DNA of 64,000 nucleotides from Squalus acanthias (Eukaryota), in assembly GCA_030390025.1 (NCBI GenBank), contig JASTWF010000034.1:4278001-4342000 (forward strand), written 5' to 3'. This document shows, in pieces, positions 60,938-64,000 of the stretch. The notes beneath the pieces are model-generated. The model was given only the letters and a program-made list of their open reading frames with translations, was not told the origin of the DNA and did not search any database. The position numbers were made by a program, and so were the translations under genes. How positions within the stretch are numbered: position 1 is the stretch's first letter; each line of letters starts with the position of its first letter.

Positions 60938-62978
60938 CTAACAAGGGAAATCAGGGATAGTATTAAAACCAAGGAAGTTGCATACAAATTGGCCAGAAGT
61001 AGCAGCAAACCCGGGGACTGGGAGAACTTCAAAACTCAGCAGAGGAGGACGAAGGGTTTGATTAGGGCAGGGAAAATAAAATATGAAAGGAAGCTTGCAG
61101 AGAACATTAAAATGGACTGCAAAAGCTTCTATAAATATGTAAAAAGAAAGAGGTTAGTAAAAACAAACGTAGGTCCCCTGCAGTCGGAAACAGGGGAAGT
61201 CGTAATGGGGAAGAAGGAAATGGCAGATCAATTGAACAAGTACTTTGGTTCGGTGTTTACTGTGGAGGACACACACAACCTGCCGGAAATAAAAGGGGTC
61301 AGAGGATCTGGTAAGAGGGAGGAGCTGAGGGAAATCCTTATTAGTCGGGAAAAGGTATTGGGGAAATTGATGGGACTGAAGGCTGAAAAATCCCCGGGGC
61401 CTGATGGTCTGCATCCCAGAGTACTTAAGGAGGTGGCCTTGGAAATAGTGGATGCATTGACGATCATTTTCCAACATTCCTTAGACTCTGGATCAGTTCC
61501 GATGGAGTGGAGGGTGGCCAATGTAACCCCTCTTTTTAAAAAAGGAGGGAGGGAGAAAGCAGGGAATTATAGACCGGTCAGCCTGACATCGGTCGTGGGT
61601 AAAATGATGGAAGCAATTATTAAAGATGTCATAACAGACCATTTGGAAAGTCGCGACATGATAGGTCCAAGTCAGCATGGATTTGTGAAAGGGAAATCAT
61701 GCTTGACAAATCTTCTGGAATTTTTTGAGGATGTTTCCAATAGGGTGGACAGGGGGGAACCAGTAGATGTGGTGTATTTGGACTTTCAGAAGGCCTTCGA
61801 CAAGGTCCCACACAAGAGATTGGTGAGCAAAGTTAAAGCACATGGGATTGGGGGTAATGTGTTGACGTGGATTGAGAACTGGTTGGCACACAGGAAACAA
61901 AGAGTAGGAGTAAATGGGTACTTTTCAGAATGGCAGGCAGTGACCAGCGGGGTACCGCAGGGTTCGGTGCTGGGACCCCAGCTGTTTACATTATATATTA
62001 ATGATTTGGACGAAGGGATTAAATGTAATATCTCCAAATTTGCGGATGACACTAAATTGGGAGGCAGTGTGAACAATGAGGAGGATGCTAGGAGGCTACA
62101 GAGTGACTTGGACAGGTTGGGTGAATGGGCAAATGTATGGCAGATGAAGTACAATGTGGATAAATGTGAGGTTATCCACTTTGGTGGTAAAAATAGAGAG
62201 GCGGACTATTACCTGAATGGTGGCAGATTAGGGAAAGGGGACGTGCAACGAGACCTGGGCGTCATGGTACATCAGTCACTGAAGGTGGGAATGCAAGTGC
62301 AGCAGGCAGTCAAGAAAGCAAACGGAATGATGGCCTTCATAGCAAGGGGATTTGAGTACAGGAGTAGGGAGGTGATGCTACAGTTGTACAGGGCCTTGGT
62401 GAGGCCACACCTGGAGTATTGTGCGCAGTTTTGGTCTCCTAACTTAAGGAAGGACATTCTTGCTATTGAGGGAGTGCAGCGAAGGTTCACTAGATTGATT
62501 CCTGGGATGGCCGGACTGACATATCAAGAAAGATTGGGTCAACTGAACTTGTATCCTCTGGAGTTCAGAAGAATGAGGGGGGATCTTATAGAGACATTTA
62601 AAATCCTGACTGGTTTAGACAAATTAGATGCGGGCAGAATGTTCCCAATGGTAGGGAAAACTAGAACCAGGGGTCACAGTCTAAGGATTAAGGGGAAGCC
62701 ATTTAGGACTGAGCTGAGGAGGAACTTCTTCACCCAGAGAGTGGTGAATCTATGGAATTCTCTTCCACAGAAGGTTGTTGAGGCCAGTTCGCTAAATATA
62801 TTCAAAAGGGAGTTAGATATAACACTCACAACTAAGGGGATCAAGGGGTATGGCGAGAAAGCAGGAATGGGGTACTGAGGTAGCATGTTCAGCCATGAAC
62901 GCATTGAATGGCGGTGCAGGCTCGAAGGACCGAATGGTCTACTCCTGTACCTATTTTCTATGTTTCTATGTTTCTATG
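60935..62978 (+). mobile_element. Young 5'-truncated CR1 LINE with uninterrupted RT frame (ORF track 60989-62878), nested in the host CR1
   Basis: 629-aa ORF with SPGPDG, YLDFQKAFD, GVPQGSVLGP, KFADD, followed by 3' UTR and (TTTCTATG)3 tail. Confidence 0.96.
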
Positions 62979-63975
62979 ACCCCAGCTATTCACAATATAC
63001 ATTAATGAACTATTTAAGGGAACTAAATGTAATATCTCCAAGTTTGCAGATGACACAAAGTTGGGTGGGCGTGTGTGCTGCGAGGAGGATACCGAGAAAC
63101 TCCAGGATGACTTGGACAGGTTGGGTGAATGGGCAGAACCGTGGCACAATGCAATATAACGTGGATAAATGCGAGGTTATCCACTTTGGTGTCAAAAACA
63201 GAAAGGCAGACTATTATCTGAATGGCAATAGATTGGGAGAAGGGGAAGTGCAACGAGACCTGGGTGGCCTTGTGCAGCAGTCGCTGAAGGTATGCATGCA
63301 GGTGCAGCAGGCGGTGAAGAAGGCAAATGGTATGTTGGCCTTCATAGCGAAAGGGTTTGAGTATAGGAACAGGGATGTCCTGCTGCAGTTGTACAGGGCC
63401 TTGGTGAGACCACACGTTGAGTACTGTGTGCAGTTTTGGTCTCCCTATCAGAGGAAGGATATTCTTGCCATGGAAGGAGTTCAGATAAGATTCACAAGGC
63501 TGATACCTGGGTTAGCAGGAATGACATATGAGGAGAGATTGGGTCGATTGGGCTTATACTCGCCGGAGTATAGAAGAATGAGAGGGGTTCTCTTCGAATC
63601 ATATAAAATTCTGACAGGTCTGGACAAACTAGATGCAGGAAGAATGTTCCCGATGGTCGGAGAGTCCAGAACCAGGGGTCATAATCTAAGAATAAGGGGT
63701 AAGCCATTTAGGACAGAAATGAGGAAGAATTTCTTCACCCAGAGAGTGGTGAACCTGTGGAATTCTCTACAACAGAAGGCAGTAGAGGCCAAGTCATTAA
63801 ATATATTCAAGAATGTGTTAGATATATTTCTTAAAGCTAAAGGTATCAAGGGATATTGGGAGAAGGCAGGTACAGGGTACTGAGTTTGGATGATCAGCCG
63901 TGATCTCATCGAATGGTGTAGCAGGTTCGAGGGGCCGAATGGCCTACTCCTGCTCCTATCTTCTATGTTTCTATG
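62979..63975 (+). mobile_element. CR1 LINE host copy, 3' part
   Basis: Starts ACCCCAGCTATTC (PQLF), the direct continuation of SVLG at 60937. Frameshifted. Ends in a TTCTATGTTTCTATG tail. Confidence 0.94.
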
Positions 63976-64000
63976 GATGTGGTGTATTTGGATTTTCGGA
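63975..64000 (+). mobile_element. Start of a further CR1 RT fragment
   Basis: GATGTGGTGTATTTGGATTTT encodes DVVYLDF, as at 61766 and 60729. Confidence 0.75.

Overview
Non-prokaryotic, repeat-saturated vertebrate DNA. The CR1 LINEs with (TTTCTATG)n tails, Penelope-like elements and Harbinger-type Myb remnants point to a cartilaginous fish; the taxon is my inference. About half the window is a 51-bp AT-rich satellite in two arrays (1664-11053 and about 37386-59364) that share kb-scale duplicated blocks. A 24-bp G-rich satellite lies after a 500-N gap. Embedded elements are: (i) an apparently intact Ty3/Gypsy element (194-bp LTR, open gag-protease frame running off the left edge and missed by the ORF track) whose primer-binding site is complementary to its own LTR; (ii) a C2H2 zinc-finger pseudogene with a YY1/NRF1/ZNF143-type CpG-island promoter; (iii) a Harbinger-like Myb/SANT remnant interrupted by a fold-back Penelope pLTR pair with minimal hammerhead ribozymes and a 13-bp TSD; (iv) two back-to-back degenerate retroviral pol sequences with dual RNase H architecture (lokiretrovirus-like); (v) a Neptune-type Penelope insertion with a 5' inversion; (vi) nested CR1-in-CR1 insertions. 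No intact host protein-coding gene, rRNA, tRNA or CRISPR array is supported. All coordinates and translations were read by eye.
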